From Oopsacas minuta (taxonomy: Eukaryota > Animalia > Porifera), in the NCBI GenBank assembly GCA_024704765.1, contig JAKMXF010000055.1, positions 912,793 to 976,792 on the forward strand: DNA of 64,000 bases, read 5' to 3'. Below, piece after piece: positions 39,870-52,639 of this stretch; within the stretch, counting starts at the first letter, position 1, and each line of letters opens with the position of its first letter. Position numbers and translations under genes: made by a program. The notes beneath the pieces were generated by a model, which searched no databases, was not told the DNA's origin, and was given only the letters and a program-made list of their open reading frames with translations.

Positions 39870-41702
39870 ATCCAAACTGTCATGCAAGTCTTATTGACTA
39901 ATGTTTGTTGTCAATTTCAATATACAGTAATTATCGAATAGGACCCTGGTACGATTTTAGATTTGGAGGATCCTTCGGAGGCAATTATTTGTTCTGTCAG
40001 ATTGCAATTCAAGTTGTTCTGCCAGTTCATATGGCTTTCTCTGGCAGGTTTTGTAGGGAACATCTGAACGGGCCAGATACTATCTATTAGAATAGCTCCC
40101 ACCGGGAAGTATTGTTCAAATCGCAGGTTTAATTGCCTAATGTAGTGAAGAGCCACATCTTCGACAGTCTCAAAGGATAGTTCGGAGTCATCGAGATACT
40201 CCGCGAGACGACTAAATGATACAATATTATCTTCACAAGCTATCATTCTCTAAAGCTCAAGTTTTGTCTTAAATGCACAAATTTCTGGCTAACTGAAATA
40301 ATGTTGTGATTTGGACATAGAAGATTAGTATTGATTACATTCAGTGCCCGAAAATGTCCACAAAATATGCCAACAGAGGCAGCCACTAGATATCTTGAAA
40401 GTATATGATCAGGCAATGCTTCTTATCGGCCAGCAAAAATAAACTTCAGTCCTCAGTTTCCAAAGTCTCTCAAGGGCGTTACCGTTTGAAAGCCACCTTG
40501 TCTCACAGTACATGAGCAACGTGGAATACCACCAATCTGCTTCTTCACACAATTCCCGGTTTATTCAGGTAGTTAGCGGCTGGGCCTTGATGAAGTTGAT
40601 TCTTGGTCACATCCTTCATTAATTCCTTCCAGATCAGGCTCCAAGCCTTCACGACCAATGCCTGTCGGTGAATCATGCAATGTGTGGACATGATACTGGG
40701 GTTTTCCCCCTTGACTAGGGCGACAAATCCTGGGTGAGTCTTAACCATAGCTAGAGCTCCGTCGGCGGAAACTGCAACGCAATTAGTCCAGCGCAAATCT
40801 ACATCTGTCGATGCAAGAAACTTGTCGATCATGTTAAAGTATCGAGCCATGAGTTGTAGTTTCCAGTGGGCTGCAGAACAACATCTCTTCCCCGATCCTG
40901 CATTTAGCTCGATATCCGAAGTATAACATGAGCTGAGGATTGCTCCCGACGTGAATAGTTTCGTCCAATTGTATTGCGAACAGCACACTTTTATTTATGG
41001 CAATGATCAACTGCTCCTGAATATTCTGTCCCAACTCATCCAACCTCTTCGAAACCGTCATTGCTGAGAATGGAACCATTCCCAATTTCGCTGATTGCTC
41101 CTTCCCACACATAATCTCTGTCATCATGGTTGCAGCCGACTTGATAAGTTCCTCACCGATATTGTGCGGCTTTTATGCACGAGCTATTAGCCAGCCACTT
41201 CTAAGCTCGCTTTTAAAGAGTCCCGCTGATCAAATGTAGCCCATGGCATGAGATCCAGCCTCTGTCTTATAAATTGACTCCCCTTATGGACGAGCTATTC
41301 CTTTGACTTGCCCCAGTTTTCTGGGTGTTTGTTGGGGAGATAGTTCAACAGTTGAGATGATTTTAGGGACTCTGGAGAAAGCACAGCAAGACTGATGACA
41401 CACTAGGGTTTTATGACTCCCTTCTCGGTTGTTGAAATGAAGAAATACTCAAAGAATTCATCTCTGAAGACAAATTTTCAGAATTTATCATGTTGCAAAT
41501 GAGGTTACAAGCAAAAAGTTAGCAAAAGATAGAAGTTGACGCACAGCATTTTGAGATCATTTGCAATTGATATAATAGAAATTATGCTAATATGAAATTA
41601 CTTGCGTTCTCTTATAGACATGAGTTGTGACAATATTCTAAAATTTGGATGGGCCACGTTAGCCCAAGAAATTCTGAATTTATCCCGAATTACCCAGCAC
41701 TG
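39870..41702 (-). mobile_element. hAT Buster/Charlie-type (ZBED5/SCAND3-like) transposon remnant
   Basis: VPFSAMTVSKRLDEL, FAIQLDET, CVAVSADGALAM and STHCMIHRQAL motifs; 5' end CAGTGCTGGGTAA at 41702. The other end was not found, so the left coordinate is approximate. Confidence 0.8.
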
Positions 41703-42417
41703 GGGTAGTGAGTGCAGATACGCTTGCGACTCGTTTTGAGGGTAACAACAAATGGCTCCCTGTTTATCGCTTTTACAACATGATTGATTTAAGGCCCCAA
41801 GACTACTGAAATATATGAAGTATAATCAGGGGTAATTCTGCGGTTATACTCCCTATTTTTGTATATATATATCTGATTCCTTATATATAGCTGAGCTATA
41901 ATACAGTTTTTTGAAATAACATAAAACCTCATGCTCTCATTCAAAAGGTGACTTTCATTATCCAGAAAAAATAACCCTTCTTTGATGATAGAAAGTTAAT
42001 ACTAAAAACTATACATAGTATAACTAAGCTATATATGTTATTTATTTCATTCTCTGCTGTTTCTATATTTACCTCTATTAGCTTACTCAAATGCACCTAT
42101 CAATGGATTCTGACCATGGGAATTTAGTCAAATTTATGGTTGGAGTACTGCTGGCGAAAATTCAGCGCACTTCATACTTGTGTTGCAAGATAATATATTA
42201 GGCACAGACATGTCCCGCCTAACAATTAATCTGTAGTTTCGCGGGTTACTTGCTAGGTCACTGCGCGAGAGCTTAATGCTCAAGGTAAGATTACACGCGA
42301 AGGGAGTTATCAAAAAGTTGCAATAATGTTAAAAGTATATTGTATTTGTAATTCATAGTTTGTAAGAATGAGCTCTGGGTAGGCCAACTGCTCAAATTCT
42401 GGACACACAAACATATA

Positions 42418-45085
42418 CAGTATGTCCAATATTATTGCAACACATCATTATTTCTATTTCAACTACAGCTATAGTCCCATTTGATAAGTAGTAGTTACTG
42501 TACTAATATAGAAAGTTAATTGGTATATTTGAAGATTAATCTGAGTAAACACAATGGAATTATATATTTTGCTAATGAGGACAACGTCACCATTTAGTAC
42601 TTTTCATCATAAATTAAAAATTCTCTTACCTTTTAGTTGAATAATTTAGCATTTAGCGTCGATATGGCTCAAGATGTGATGAGAGAAAAGATCAAAACTC
42701 TATTGATTGGCGATAAACATACACCTACTGAAATCTTACACATTTTAGATGTTGATCGAGGGACAGTTTACAGGGTAAAAAGTCTTCAAACAAATATGAT
42801 CCTTAAACACAAAAGAGGCGGTGGTAAACCAAATTTACTAGACAATTCAATAAAATATACAACTACTCAGTTCACCAATTGGATCCAGAGAATAGTGTAC
42901 GTAAACTTACAACCAGGATAGCTAAAACAAAGAAACTGACTGTCAGTAAAAGTAGAGTCTATCTCACTCTTCACAAATTGAAGTACTCTAAGCAATTTTC
43001 TGTCCAGATTCCATTGCTATCTGAAAGAAATCGTCTCTTCAGAATTGAATGGGCACAGAAAAACAAATCTATACTGTGGTGCAAAGGTTTTTGCAGATGA
43101 AGCTTCTTTCTGGCTTATCAGGGCGTTCAATAAATCATGCGGGTCATGATATATCTTAGGAATTTGTCAAGTAATATATCAAACTTTCATAAATTATAAG
43201 CCCATATAGCTAACTCCACATACTGAAAGTTTCAAGCTTATTCAATACAAATTATGAATTTTTGAGATAGTTACGTGTAATCAATTTATACCCACTGTTA
43301 AATTTATGGCTTCAAAGGATTTTTATTTCAATCTCAAATGGCGAGCTTACATAGAGTTTCGCACAATACTCAAGATCCAGTCCGTACAGATCTTCAGCGA
43401 GTTACAGGAGATATTATGCGTGGATTGCCCATCCAGATCTACCGTAGAGCGATGGGCTGTCCGTTTTAGATCTGGTAATGCTGTTGTCATAGATTTGCCT
43501 CGATCTGGAAAACCGATATCCGCCACCACTTCAGAAAATATCGCACTCATTAAAAGTATGGTCATGGAAGACAAGTGCATTATTGTCAATCAGCTGGAAC
43601 AAAGTATGGGGATTTCATCGGGAGCAATTCGTACAATTATGACAACTGAGCTTGGCTACCGATCGATTTGTGGGAAATGGGTCCCGCATAAACTCAGTGA
43701 GAATCAAAGGTTGGCGCGACTGAATATTGCCAAGAAACTCTTGAAACTTGTGAGAACTGCGATTCTAGACACCTAACAGAGATTATTACTGGTGACGAGA
43801 CGTCGGTCTACTATTCAACACCATATAGCAAGTATAAGAAGCGATCATGGGTGAGGGGCGACGAACAACCGGTGAAAATTCCTAGACCCGACTTCAGAAA
43901 CCTAAGATTATGTATACCATCTTCTTCAGTAGTCATGGAATTGTCTTGCAATTATCTTGTGAGAGTGGCAAGGCTGTTACTGCTACTTTCTTCACAGAGC
44001 AAGTGCTTCCAAATTTGATAAAAAATATAGAAAAGTACCGCCCGAAAACCGGAACTCGAGGAATGAAGATTTTAATTGATAACGCCAGTTCCCATACAGC
44101 TAAGCTTACCAAAAATTCTTGGATGTAGAAGGGTTAGAATTACTTCCTCATCCACCATACTCATGAGACCTAGCTCCGTGTGATATTTGGCTATTCCCCA
44201 GGTTTAAAATCTACCTTCAAGGCAAAGAATTTAACACATTGCAAGCATTCGGAACGGTCCTGTACTTGTACTCCAAATCCATCCCCGAAGAAGAGTACAG
44301 AAATGTGTTTACAAGTGGGTGGAAAGGTTAAAACTTTGTGTATCTGCAGGAGGGGACTACTTTGAATAAATAATATAGTGAATTAGTGTGTATAGTGTTT
44401 GTATTATATTCTATGATATCACCTGCAAGACTTGTTGAACGCCCTAGCAACCGTGTGAAGGTTCGAATGTGAACAAAATCTGGAAAAAAAACGATCACAA
44501 AAAACTACCAAACACTCACCGAAAATACAGATATGGGCTGCATTTTCGTCTTTCGGTACCTTCCCATTGTGCATATTTCGTCAGAATTTGGATGCACAAT
44601 TATTTGTTAAGATCCTTGAATGGCATCTTCCTTCACAGGCTGAGGCTTTACATGGAAATAGATGGTTTCTCGTCCAGGATAATGATCCAAAGCATCGTTC
44701 AATTAGCCCAACAATGGATCTCAGAAAATGCCAAATAATGTCTTTCAATGGCCCAGTCAATCACCAGACCTTAATCCGATAGAAAATCTATTCGGCTGGT
44801 TTAAAATCAAATTGCAAAACAACATGCCAAATCACTAGCTGAGCTTGAAAAGTGTATCCAAGCAATTTGGGATTTTCTTACACCCGAATTTTTGGAACCC
44901 TATTGGAAGTTTATGACGCGTAGATGCCAGATGGTCGTAGAAAACGATGGACATAAGATCAAATATTTATCCTTAGTATATTCTCAACAAGTAGACAAAA
45001 AACTAGATCATATGCTTCCATATATACTGTTTCTGGGTTACACTAAGAAATCTCCCTAATGTTGCAATAATTATTGGACATACTG
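42418..45085 (+). mobile_element. Tc1-like (DD34E) element interrupted by mariner copy 3
   Basis: TIRs CAGTATGTCCAATA(A)TTATTGCAACA flanked by TA. HTH, VFADEASFWL | SNRVKV, LVQDNDPKH and SPDLNPIEN motifs. Confidence 0.9.
43118..44447 (+). mobile_element. mariner family A copy 3, full length 1330 bp, nested in Tc1 transposase
   Basis: TIRs TCAGGGCGTTCAATAA / TTGTTGAACGCCCTAG; inserted at the TA in TGG CTT AGC (W-L-S) of the host; same frameshifts as copies 1 and 2. Confidence 0.95.
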
Positions 45086-45216
45086 TATATAGATATAGAT
45101 TAATTGTGCTGTAATAGCATAGGTATATGTATGTATGGTCATATATATGTATATATATTTGTATGTCCAGAATTAATTTAACGAACTGGAGGACCCCAGC
45201 GCTGACTTTTGGCATA

Positions 45217-46010
45217 CAGGGGTATTTGGGTCTGGCTCGGACAAGATCGAGTATTTGACGAAAACCACACCTATGACGAAATTATGACCTAATTGCGGCC
45301 TCTTTGCATTTTCAAGAAATCACATCATTAACCACTGCTCACCCAAAATACATGAAAGAAGTTTGAAATCAGAGTCACAAGTTCCCCTCAATTAGGGATC
45401 GACTGGGGCCGGCCCCGGCAAAAAAGTTGAGAACCGGCCCTTAGCCAGCCAGGATCTTTAATGAAATTTATGCTAAGAACGTGTCCAAAAACAAAATATC
45501 ATAGGTTGGTAACGGGCAATTTCAAATGCGAGATACTAAATGAAACAATATACTTTCTCTATAATCTGTCTAAATCTTGCTTATATCAAATCTTCACTAA
45601 CATCATCAATTTCCTCGATGTGTTGATCAAAACTACTTCAGGAGGTGGTTGAAATAATTTGAATGAGCCAAATCAAACAGCTCTTAGGTTGTACTAGAGG
45701 AACTAGAGTTCAACCGGGACTCGGCACGGCCACGGTCCGGCCCCGAGCTCGGGCTAAAATTATGTCCCCCGGTCAATCCCAACCCCAATATAACAAATGC
45801 CCTAATGTCATGATTCTGGTCAAATGCAAACTCATCATGGAAATATTACGCCATCATGGCTGTACAATTATCAATTTTCAAAAGTTTCAGAATTACTTAA
45901 TACACTAGGAAAAAAGTGCAGAGATTACAAACCAAAAATGATACAGCATCTCCAGGGTCATCACAGAAGGCCATTGAATATCGTTTGGATAGACCATGGA
46001 TAATTAATCT
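45217..46010 (+). repeat. dispersed repeat family X copy interrupted by hAT MITE
   Basis: TA-CAGGGGTATTTG start; same core as 11037; far end TGGATAGACCATGGATAA matches about 11418-11437. Confidence 0.55.
45393..45782. mobile_element. 390-bp hAT MITE, internal-deletion relative of 35628-37916
   Basis: TAGGGATCGAC / GTCAATCCCAA ends; about 310 bp align with 35690-35970 and the last 60 bp with 37860-37916; near-match 8-bp flanks CCCTCAAT/CCCCAATA. Confidence 0.8.
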
Positions 46011-46799
46011 TAAATTCTCACTATTCTGTGAACTCGAAGCATGTAGTGCAAGGCATAATATGTAAGGTGGCGACCAATAACACTATAAAATTTAGCAGTA
46101 AACTAACATTTAAGCTACCTGGAGCATTAGTCTGCCGAGCATCGACCTAGCAAGCGAAGTGCGCTAGTGACATATTACACGCAAATACTTCCATCATGGA
46201 GAAATTTAGTGTTTTATAGTTGTGTAAATGATTCAATAATACGTGGCAATATGCAGTAGTAGAAGATTGGAATACAATTGTAATACATACTAGATTGAAA
46301 TCAACAAATAGGATAAGACAAGGAGATTAAATAAGAAAGATGTATCAAAATATCTCAGGAGAGTTCTACCATTTGGCTTGTGGATTAAACAAGTAGTTAT
46401 TACTATGCGAAAACCAAAGCGAACTATCCCTGACGATCATGATGGCAGGGAGTTTGCCAAAAGAAAGATATGTAAAAATAATTATAAAATAATTCGGACA
46501 TATCTAAATATACTGCCCCACTAAGATAAATGACAAGACCACTGGTTGTGAATAAAAACACGAAACGGCAAACATAAAGAATCGTCCCAAAATAACTGAG
46601 CAAAACACTGTTAAGTAATTCTGATTCAAATTCGAGAGTTAACGTTAGTAGTACAGAGGATACCAAAATTAAATATAATGATGAATGATACGTGTTCATA
46701 CAAAATCATATAAAAATACCAGGTCTTCACCTTGTAAATAGTTGATCAGAGAAGCACAAAGCCGAAAAATTCGGATTAACAAATCAAGAAACCTTACAT

Positions 46800-47140
46800 A
46801 CGGTAATACTAGCCTAGAACTCAATTTGAAGCATCGTGTACCAACTAAACCTGAGAAAAACATCACAGATGGAAATTGCCTGTTTCGAGCACTATCACAA
46901 GCATTAACTGGTTCTCAAGAAACCATATTCATATTAGAACTCTTAAAACAATGAAAATGATCAAGTCCCATAATAATAATGGCACAGAGTATCTATTATC
47001 CAAAGTTGTAAATACAGAATCATATTATAGAAACATAACACAATAAGTCCATAGAACAAGAATCAGAGTAACAGGAATTTGGGAACACACCTAGAAGTTC
47101 TTACATCTTCAATTATGTTTGGCATTAATAAATGGGGATA
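46800..47140 (+). pseudogene. OTU-like domain remnant
   Basis: PEKNITDGNCLFRALSQALTGSQE, then with a frameshift W-GTHLEVLTSSIMFGIN. Confidence 0.55.
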
Positions 47141-50100
47141 TTTAGGATATTCTATAGAAAAATGACAATTATTATCAAAATCAGGGCTTCTCTGTTAGAT
47201 ACATTTGAATCACCTTCTAATCAATGAATTTATTTGCTTCTAAAAGGGACCATTCTACACACATGCTAGGTAAGAGCATAAATCACCTCCTGTAAATTTT
47301 AAATACTATGATAATAGCAGTATAATAGAAAATTAGTAAACATGTATTTATTATTTTATGGACATTTTTCGGGATGTTATCTATCTAGATTGAATTTGTC
47401 AAAACTATTGTAGGTATATAAATCTGATTTTTCTCTCTGATGTTCTATACAAAAAGTCTTATAACTATTCCACGTGATTCTGAGGCAGCATGCTAGCATT
47501 GATTAACTTAAGGCCTAGGTTTGACCATCGAGCACAGGATTGCATCTTTCCTAATGTTAGCATAGATATGGTTTGCGTGTTTGTATAGCTTGATTCAAGT
47601 AGATTTCAAAGAAACGAATTTCCACTTTTGAATAGATACATTGAACCTTTACAAAATACAATATTAATATTTATAGTAATCGCCTTGGAGAGAGGAATTT
47701 CATAATAAATTCTCAATTCCTAAAAAATGGTAAATTTACTTGGCTCAAGTTACCCGATAACTTAAGCCAAGTAGTCTTATCCGAGTTCTACTGTATAGTA
47801 TCAATTGTAATAAATTATCAAAGAACTTACTACGATAGTATTATTAAAAAATGTCTGGATATACCATAGAATCCAGATACTTCATGAAAACAACCACAAA
47901 GATGAGGTTGATCAAACATTATGAGTTAACATTCAAAATCAAATAAGCGAGGGGGCGTATATTCGGACTCCACAGTACTATAAGATCATAGCTAAGGTTC
48001 AGTGTTCCTTAAAGAGCGGAAATTGCCCTTCCTCCTCACGTTGTACTCAGTGGTATCGTGTGTGCAAATGGGGCTCGGCGTTCCCTCAAATGTTCCGAGC
48101 TCCCACGGACAAGAAAATGTTAACATTCTGGGCCAATTGTAAACAAAACGTTATTTCCTTCGGTGCGTACCACTCTCCTGGACCTTACTAATTGTTTAGT
48201 GTGCCTATTGACTATCATCTAAATTGCTTGCCAGATGGATTTTGTAGCCCCTAGACATCAAAGCCACAGGACGCCACTGCGTCATCTTATATATGAACAT
48301 GAATACGTGCTACAAAATATTTAAACATGAAACTATAAAGAACTTGCTATAGTTGAGTATAGCATCCTGAAATGTAAATTTAGGTATGTAGTTCAGCTAT
48401 GGATCACTTCAAACTATTTGGAAAATCAGTTAATTTTACAAAAGAAAATATTTTAAACAGTTAAATATTGTATCAAGAAATATAGAAAATAATTCTTCAT
48501 CTCTCAAAATATACAGAAGAAAAATTATATCAAAAGAATAATGAGGAGCTGGACAAATAAAACATCATAGTTGACAACATTGGAAAAATTTTCACAACAT
48601 AAATACATGTATATTTTTACAACTCTAATGACATTTTCGTATTCCACCAACACTATACTTTCAATTAGATAATAACAATCATTTTTCTATAGCTATATGG
48701 AAAGTCGGTAAATAAACGATTGAAGTGAACACATTTTTAGTTCGAATTGGCCGCTAACTTCATCTACGACCTTCCCGATATTATCTAGTTTCGTTACTTT
48801 GAGATAAGCAACGAAACCCATATCCTGAAAATAGTGATTCATTGTATTATTTAGAGTACTATATGTAACTCTCCATTTTCCCAAATCAAAGTTTCTGAAA
48901 AGATATGCTGGGAAACATGCAGGAAGAATTCATTTGCGAAGCATGGGATTACTAACATCAGCGTGTACACGATGGTTTGAATAACTCTGCACAAACACGA
49001 AAGATTAAATTGACCATCTCCGAACCAATGCACATTCAAGAAAATATGAAACAACACTACCCAGTGCAAATATGCAGCCGGATTCAGTCGTTAATAAATA
49101 GCTTTCCAACCAGAAAGAAGGCTTTTTCAATGAATTTTTACTGGGAAAAAGTCTCCTCAACTCAATTCGATGGGAAAACTCGTAGGTGTATTACTGTTTC
49201 ATTTAGAAAAACACCCAATATATCAGGCGGGTTCCCTTCTAGCCCTCTAACTGTCCCGCAAAGGATCATTATCGAAGAATCAGCCGGAAAATTCTCTGAG
49301 CAGGTATAGTTACTAGAAGACGGATTAGAGCTGAATATGTTTAACAATTGTAGATGAAAAATTTCCTGCCCTGGTCCGTTTTCATCTTCTCACAGATTTC
49401 GAAATGTGAGTATTCCTCGGTTATACCAGAGGGCCAAGATAGAAATAGAAAATCTATTAAAAACATGTCTGCACAAATAGCAGTGGACACATTACTTTAC
49501 CCATCCAGAAGAAGTGTCGGATCAGTCTGCCAATGTAAATTCATTCTTTGGTTCAAAGTATTGAAGAAATAAAATCCGATTTACATCTTATGAAGCATTT
49601 TCACACAAGGGGAGCCAAAGAAACATGAATATTATGGAATCAACTCTTAATGTGGTCAAGAGTAATAGCGGAAAAACTTCAGAGGCTAGTCGCTAGTTTC
49701 ATTTCTGAAGGAGAAGGGAAAAATTAAAAGGGTTAGATGTGTTGGAAGTTTAAGCAATCCAAAATTCAAACAGAAACCTCATCAAAGTCTAGGACTCCAA
49801 AGTAAAAATCTTACAAGCTGGAAATCTTAGCGAAGCCTATTTCACTTCCAAGAAAAGAGTACCACGTGTTTGTGTCTCTTTTATTGGAAGTGAAACTTAT
49901 TTTTGGTTTAACATTTTGCGTCATCATCGTTCAATTAAAATTCACAGTTGAATAGCTCGCGAATGGGAAAAGATACAAATAAGCTAATAATTGATGGAAA
50001 GTTCAATACAGATGAAGCCGTAAAAGGGTATATCGATCAACATGTAATTTATTGTAACAAAACCGAATTATGATTCGTCTGGTAACTATATCATTGTAGT

Positions 50101-52039
50101 TTAACAGGGGAAAGTCCCCGGCACAAATGAATGTTGAACTCCAATTAGCCACATACACTGCACTAACAGAACAAAAGTACTATAAAGGTAATTGTATATC
50201 TTAGCAATATAGAGAATAGTTGAGGATGCATAAAATACTATACCTCAAAGAACTAGTGTAATAAGTTACTTAACTTGCACAGACTAAATCAATGAAATGT
50301 TTCAATTTTCATATTCATACACTTTGCTGATTAAATAGATAATGAGCTAATTATTTACATAATTGCTAATTGCCCATAATTCAAATGAGATTGAACCATG
50401 CAGATAGCATATTTGAATTCAACGGGTCGTTATTACATCAGTATGAATATTGTATATTGTTAGGATCAAATTTTGTTGAATTTCACATTTAAATATTTAT
50501 TTAATTCTGCTGCCACATGTGGCACAAATATTCAAATAGTAGAAAGTAAGAAGATTTGCACTTAACAATGCTGGGTTAAATACGTATCTGTATTTGTACT
50601 TGATTTAAATTACATAAAGGGTGTATTTGTATTTGTAACATATGTTGTAGTTAAACAGTATTGCATAAACAAACATTTTCATTATTTATCTAGGGAACCC
50701 ACTTGTCAGGTATTCAAGTAATTAAACCGTGCTCCATCAGTCTATTAAGGGAGGCTACGCAATTGCTCCAGAGTCGATTCCTTCAGTAAAATTCGACTAT
50801 TTACCTATACTAGTATGCCAAGATATGCTTATACTATATAAGAATTTTGGATCTCTTATCTCAAAGAATGATCAAAATTAATGATACAATAAATTTGTAT
50901 ATGTATTTGTATTTAAAATTATATTTGATTTGAAATTCTTCTGCCAACCATATTTGTATTTGTGTTAGCTCTTAAGTTATTGTATTTGATTAAAAAGAAA
51001 AATATTTAGCACAAGCCTGTTAATGACACAAAATAAATATATTAGTCTATTTTTTTGGTCACAGACCCTCTAAAGCAAGTTAACCACTTTATTTTGCATC
51101 CATACGCATCCAAAGTACGAAATTTGGAATTTGCTAATCGTTTAGTGCCTTCTGGGAACAATGATGATAAGTTAATAAGAATAACTAGTAAGTAGACATT
51201 GATTTATCCAAATTAAGCCCAAATATTGTATCTATTCATTGAAATCTCATATATTTCTCAAAATCAGACAAATTTGGTATTGATTGACATACTTTTTTCA
51301 CTTGATAAGAAGATTTGTCTCAATTAAGCGGAATATGTCTCGATTAACCTAACCTTGTTAGTATCAACATTAATTTAATTGATTCCGTTCATGGAGATGT
51401 CTTTATCTAGCGATTTCAAGATTAAGCAAGTTGACTATTTGTTTATGAGAATGCCCACGATCTTCACCCCATGTCAGAGGCTCAGATCCAATGAGGAATA
51501 GGCGTCGTAAGCCAGAGGTCCATCCGGAGTTTAGCAGGAACTTCGGGTGCTACCTCGACCAATCCAGATAGTTCAAAAGATGGACATTTAGCAAAACTTT
51601 CAACATACTCAATGGAATATGTTTTGAAATGTTATTTTCAAGTGATTCACAAATGAAAATGAGGCTTATATTATCAGGGAACAACGAGATTCGCAATCAC
51701 AACGGCACTGAATGATGGAGTCAGGAAGGCCAAATTATATGACAAAAATAAAAAGGTTCAGGGTAGAAAAAATATTAACAAAAACAAACCCTTTTGAAGG
51801 AATTTCAATCCCCATCAATGGTGAAGAATCATGTCGTTGAAATAAACCTTCTAATGTCAAAATAACATCTCGTCCATGTGTTGACATGAGTCACCCAAAA
51901 GACAAAAGATAGTTAGAGTTAAGGAAAATAAAAGGTGAGATTGAAAAATCTATAAGAAAAATCTAAAATATGAGCATACAATTAATAACAAATTCTCAAA
52001 GATTCTTTCCCAATTAATCAATAATTACGATAGAAATCA

Positions 52040-52520
52040 AATGGGGAGACAAAATTTGAATATACCTCATCTATAAACGGATCCATTTCAGAATGAGTTT
52101 CTTCAATTCTCATTCAGAAGAAAAATTTCAGACAAAATTCTCATTCTCAGCCATTTAATTCCACGAATCAAAGTCTTAATTCCGATTCACAGTCATTGGG
52201 ATGAGAATAAATTCCTATTCTCAGCACTTAAACTACAGGGATCAATGGCTTGAATCCCATTCCATTCCATGGAATAAGAAAAAAATTCCCATTTTCAGCT
52301 ACTTACTTTCGGGAAAAAAACATAACTCCAATTCCAATTCCAATTCCTTGGAATCAGAATAAATTAGCATTCTTAACCCAAAATTCCAGGAATCAAGGAT
52401 GGAATTACCATTCCGATTCCTTGGAATCAGAAAAAATTGCAATTCTCGGCCCTTGAGTTACAGGAAACAAGGACTGAATTCTCAATCGCAATCTGAATTG
52501 GAATGGAGAAAGAAATACAA
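52040..52520. repeat. ATTCC/GGAAT-rich MITE-like or foldback-like remnant
   Basis: Dense ATTCC(A) and GGAAT motifs in both orientations; termini not resolved. Confidence 0.35.
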
Positions 52521-52639
52521 ATACCAATTCCAAAATGAATTAAACCGAATACTGAACAGACAGGTGAAAAGAATGAAGAAATATGAAAATCTCAGATTCA
52601 ATGTCAATTTGTGCAGAAAGTTGAAATTGATCGAATATT

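Noticed and set aside
47738-47795. Hairpin TACTTGGCTCAAGTTA-CCCGA-TAACTTAAGCCAAGTA next to GAGTTCTACTG-TA
   Set aside because: Looks like an orphan Tigger-type terminus; no partner end or ORF was found, so it is not treated as a structured RNA.
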